Source of the DNA: Deltaproteobacteria bacterium
GTDB lineage: Bacteria > Desulfobacterota > Desulfobacteria > Desulfobacterales > UBA2156
Reading direction: 5' to 3'
NCBI GenBank assembly: GCA_019309485.1
Contig: JAFDGC010000001.1
Span: 13,620-77,619, forward strand
DNA length: 64,000 bases
Of the stretch, positions 60,719-64,000 are shown piece after piece. Position 1 is the stretch's first letter. The number at the start of each line of letters is the position of its first letter. A model generated the notes under the pieces. The model was not told the DNA's origin, made no database searches, and was given only the letters and a program-made list of their open reading frames with translations. A program made the position numbers and the translations under genes.

Positions 60719-63318
60719 AAGGCGGGAAAAGCCAACCAGAACGTGCTTCCACCGGATGCCAGGCAGTCCTCGCGCACCTTGCAATGGGGACAAAGAGAAA
60801 TCCTTCCCGGACAGGAATCGAGATCACCGGAAAGGAAGCGGCATCTCTTGCTGTTCATAAAAAGACCGAACCCGAACTCTTCTGCATAAGAGCGGATTCT
60901 GAACAAGGACAAGCCTCTGCCGCCGGCATTGAAATCATAAGGTTTGAGCGTGGCATACCGGTCGGTTTCCCCGGTGTGGTAAAAGGCATTGAACAGATGG
61001 TTTCGGTCCTCATCCGTGATGCCGACGCCGAAATCTTTGACTTTAAACAATACCTCTTTGTCATTTTTCTCCAAAAGAATTAGGATCAGGCCTTCATCTG
61101 GGGTGTTTTCCGCGGCGTTTCTCAACAACGATGCCACCGCATCCTCGAAGGTCATGAGGTGGGCTGCCACACTCAGATTTTCGGTGCCCCGCAATTCAAA
61201 GGATATTTCCCGGTGCCCCGCCTTTTCCCTTGCCTCGGCCAGCATCCTTTGAGCAAACGGATACAGTTCGATGGGTTCCGAAGCGTTTCGAGCCGATGTT
61301 TTGGCCGCCTCTGGATGGGTCCTTTGCTCCGATTCCCGGTGGAATCGAATGGTTTTTTCGATGGACTCCTGGATATCGTAAAGGCGATTCAAATGGGCTT
61401 CCAATCTTCGAAAAATCTTGTTCCGTCTTTGAAGATCCCCGTTTTCACCGGATTCCCGCTGCAAAATTTTTACAGAACCCGCAATGACCGAAAGCGGAGT
61501 CTTGAGTTCATGGGAAAGCAGATCCAAGGTTTTGCTTTTGGCTTTGTTGAGTTGCTCAAGCTCCTTTTTGGACATTTCCAGCGCTTCCACATGCGCCTGC
61601 TGAAGCCGGGCGTTTTCCATGGCCATCGCCGCCTGATCGGTGAGAAAATCCAATAAAAGGATATCCTCCCGTTTGTAGAATCGGCCGGATTTCTTTTCGC
61701 CCAAAACCAAAAGCCCGAAAAGCCGGTCTTCGAACAGGATCGGAATGACCAGCGTGGCCTCCAACCGGTCAAAGAGCCGTTCGACGGCATCCCGGTTTTC
61801 CTGAAAGAGCGGGTCCTCGGCGATATCGTAACGGGTAATCCCCTTCTTTTTTTCCCTGACAATCCGGATAAAGGGATCTTCCGCCGGAAGCATGACAAGA
61901 GGCTCTTTGTGGAGCACGCTCACGTATAATTTTTCATCTTTTGTTTTCAACATGACGTATCCCTTTTCAATGAACAGGGAATTGAAAATAATATCCATCA
62001 TACGGGTGACGATTTGATCCAGTGTCAGGGAGGTGCGCATCGCCTCTCCGATTTTTTCCAAGATCTGCCGGTACTCGTATTCCATGCGGTAAAAGATGCG
62101 GTCCACCACCCGCTGCACCCGCTTTCGGAAAACGTTCACGATGAAAATGATACCCACAACCCCGGCAACGGCGATCGCCGGATATTCGGCGAATCCCTTC
62201 TTTCCGAATGTCATCACGGGAACGAACACCAAAAGGGTGTAGAGAACAACAACACTCAGGGTCGTCAGGATATACCCGAAAGTGCGCCTGACAGCTGTCT
62301 GGATTTCGAAAAGATTGTGCTTGATGATGCCATAACCCACACAAATCGGAAAAAAGACGATAAAAGGCAAATAATAATTAAATCCAGGGACGATAAACAC
62401 ATGAAAAAAGGAACTGGTGGTCAAATCCAGAATCGGCACGGATGCCGCCACAAAAGCCCCGAGCAAGACGCATTTGGAACGCATCTTTACGATTTCAGAA
62501 GCAGATCGGAACCCCAAATGAATGCAGGAAAACAAGAATCCCAAAACAGCCAAAAGGAAATAGGCCAGGACCACTTTGTACCATCCCGGGGGGATGGCGA
62601 GCATCTCGGAAGCCGATGATCGGATGACAGAAAAAAGCAGAAGTGAAGAGATATACGGAAGAGCTAAAATTCCGGCGTATCGTCCGAACAGGCGGCGTTT
62701 TTCCGGAAATGACAGCGCAAGATGGACCACCGTGGCCGGTGCAAAGGAAAACACCAACAGATTAACGGTTCCCAGCCAAGTCGGTTTCAAAAATCCGGTT
62801 TTCAGCAAAAAGATCAGCATCAATCCGAAACATGCAGCGAACACGAAAAATCCCCAACTGCTGTGTCGATGGGGTTTCATGAAAAAAACCAGGACACCGA
62901 GGAAAAGATAGCCGAATCCGGCAAGGAAGGGGAGGCCGCTTCGGAAAAAAACCGTTTTGAAACCGATTCGCGTATTGGTAATGGTGATCTTGAATTGTTG
63001 TCCCGATCTTTCGATCCAATAAACGTTCGTCTCACCGACCCGGTAATGCGTTGCCCGACGTCTTTCCTCCATGCTGGAGAAGGACTTTCCGTTGATTTTT
63101 AAGATCCGGTCCCCGGGTTGAAGACCGGCGGCGCGTCCATTCTCTTTCACCGGGCCGACGATATCGAAGCCGCTTCCCGCCCGATAGACAAAGCCCTGAT
63201 CCGTGAAATCGCTCCATTGAATGATATTCCAAAAATAAAGGGCGGCAACGGTAAGGGAACATGCCAGAATCACGCCAAAAGCGCTCCAGGAAAACATGGT
63301 TTTCTTGTTTTTCAGCAT
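60712..63318 (-). CDS. Multidomain sensor histidine kinase: TM, PDZ, multi-TM block, GAF, HisKA, HATPase, Cys-rich tail
   Basis: PDZ (GLQPGDRILKINGKSF), GAF (LVIPILFEDRLFGLLVLGEK), H-box LSHELKTPLSVIAG, and G-boxes DFGVGI and GGRGLSL. The tail reads CRFLSGDLDSCPGRISLCPHCKVREDC. Confidence 0.88.
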   Translation of the reverse strand: MLKNKKTMFSWSAFGVILACSLTVAALYFWNIIQWSDFTDQGFVYRAGSGFDIVGPVKENGRAAGLQPGDRILKINGKSFSSMEERRRATHYRVGETNVYWIERSGQQFKITITNTRIGFKTVFFRSGLPFLAGFGYLFLGVLVFFMKPHRHSSWGFFVFAACFGLMLIFLLKTGFLKPTWLGTVNLLVFSFAPATVVHLALSFPEKRRLFGRYAGILALPYISSLLLFSVIRSSASEMLAIPPGWYKVVLAYFLLAVLGFLFSCIHLGFRSASEIVKMRSKCVLLGAFVAASVPILDLTTSSFFHVFIVPGFNYYLPFIVFFPICVGYGIIKHNLFEIQTAVRRTFGYILTTLSVVVLYTLLVFVPVMTFGKKGFAEYPAIAVAGVVGIIFIVNVFRKRVQRVVDRIFYRMEYEYRQILEKIGEAMRTSLTLDQIVTRMMDIIFNSLFIEKGYVMLKTKDEKLYVSVLHKEPLVMLPAEDPFIRIVREKKKGITRYDIAEDPLFQENRDAVERLFDRLEATLVIPILFEDRLFGLLVLGEKKSGRFYKREDILLLDFLTDQAAMAMENARLQQAHVEALEMSKKELEQLNKAKSKTLDLLSHELKTPLSVIAGSVKILQRESGENGDLQRRNKIFRRLEAHLNRLYDIQESIEKTIRFHRESEQRTHPEAAKTSARNASEPIELYPFAQRMLAEAREKAGHREISFELRGTENLSVAAHLMTFEDAVASLLRNAAENTPDEGLILILLEKNDKEVLFKVKDFGVGITDEDRNHLFNAFYHTGETDRYATLKPYDFNAGGRGLSLFRIRSYAEEFGFGLFMNSKRCRFLSGDLDSCPGRISLCPHCKVREDCLASGGSTFWLAFPAFQ

Positions 63319-64000
63319 CTGCCCGATTTCCGACCGTTTTTTTCTTTCCTCGGTTTTCGCGACGCCAACAGCAGGAAAAGGCCGCAGCCTGCCGCGGATC
63401 CGAACGGGACAAGGTCCCCATGTTTCGTATAGAAAGTTTTTGTCTGCGTGGAAACAATTTTTTCCGTGAGAAAACCCCGTACGAAAATCTCTTGTCCCCG
63501 GGAATCTTGAAACGTCCGAACGACCCTCCCACGGGGATCGATGATGCCGGAGACGCCGGTATTGGCGCAGCGAACCACGAAAACCCCGTTTTCCACGGCC
63601 CGAAATACGCTAATGGCCATCAATTGATACGGCGCCGCCGTATTTCCGAAACGCGCCTCATTGGTGAGATTGATGATGAACTGCGCTCCGTTATTCACAA
63701 ACCGCCGTACCAGATCCGGGAAAATATTTTCCCAGCAGATGGTCACGGCAAATCGATGGGGCGGCAATTGGAAAACAGTATGTTCCGTACCCGGTGCATA
63801 CTGACTCAAGCTAGACACCCGGATCCAATTCCATGGCAGGGTCTCTTTGTAGGGCAGGTATTCCCCGAACGGAAAGAGCCGAATCTTGTCATACCGCTGC
63901 AAATTCACCTCTTCCTTTGAAGGATTCAAAAGAAACGCCGAATTCGTCAAACGGGTTTCCACCGCCTCGGCCTTCTGAAATTTTTGAAACTCGGCACTTC
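63312..64000 (-). CDS. lnt: Apolipoprotein N-acyltransferase (C-terminal CN-hydrolase part; the 5' end lies beyond the window)
   Basis: YDKIRLFPFGEYLP, ICWENIFP and NLTNEARFG motifs. The frame stays open to position 64000. Confidence 0.85.
   Translation of the reverse strand, partial: SAEFQKFQKAEAVETRLTNSAFLLNPSKEEVNLQRYDKIRLFPFGEYLPYKETLPWNWIRVSSLSQYAPGTEHTVFQLPPHRFAVTICWENIFPDLVRRFVNNGAQFIINLTNEARFGNTAAPYQLMAISVFRAVENGVFVVRCANTGVSGIIDPRGRVVRTFQDSRGQEIFVRGFLTEKIVSTQTKTFYTKHGDLVPFGSAAGCGLFLLLASRKPRKEKNGRKSGRC

Noticed and set aside
1-64000. CRISPR arrays, rRNA genes, transposases, integrases and prophage genes
   Set aside because: I looked for regularly spaced 25-40-bp direct repeats and for recognisable mobility or phage proteins in the ORF track and found none. 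The only repeat families are the REP/MITE-like elements and heptad arrays reported above.

Overview
High-GC bacterial chromosomal segment. Gene content and the number of sigma-54 promoters suggest an anaerobic Desulfobacterota/Deltaproteobacteria-like organism, but that is inference only. About 70 genes are called from the ORF track plus motif recall; no database search was possible. Left to right: (1) a minus-strand degP - outer-membrane factor - MFP - RND efflux operon, divergent from a ZraS/ZraR-like sensor kinase and sigma-54 enhancer-binding protein (EBP) pair. (2) Housekeeping genes lolA and nadA. (3) An ~8 kb copper/metal-handling island (14.3-22.1 kb). It carries a YHS protein, a DUF302 protein, a chimeric and nonsense-mutated copB, two Met/Gly-rich Spy/ZraP-like periplasmic proteins, a P1B-ATPase broken by an internal deletion plus frameshift, an ICMT-family protein and a DUF2933 protein. 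(4) An RseC-like operon, a receptor Ser/Thr kinase with an FGE/SUMF1-like ectodomain, and a Tat-exported multicopper oxidase. (5) yebC, rlmE, radA, a HisJ-type PHP phosphatase, a lytic transglycosylase and tRNA-Glu(CUC). (6) A 9.6 kb RpiR-headed operon: M20 amidohydrolase, glutamine-synthetase-like enzyme, Liv-type ABC transporter and an MmgE/PrpD-family protein. (7) larE-larB, a DUF45 peptidase and a ThiF-type E1-like enzyme. (8) A PAS-type sigma-54 EBP divergent from an uncharacterised locus: Tat-exported MBL-fold protein, a ~10-TM membrane protein, two unknown proteins, a NifX/NifB-like protein and a CGGC protein. This is my best candidate for an undescribed system. (9) A SLOG/YpsA-like protein, small unknown proteins, a PDZ-GAF histidine kinase and a partial lnt. 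Non-coding highlights: seven sites with exact GG-N10-GC sigma-54 spacing; a ~115-bp two-hairpin repeat family (three full and three half copies) that overlaps gene 3' ends; heptad-repeat arrays with a conserved hairpin between efflux genes; and several operator-like palindromes. I found no CRISPR array, rRNA, transposase or integrase. Many long reverse-strand ORFs in the track are GC-driven artefacts.
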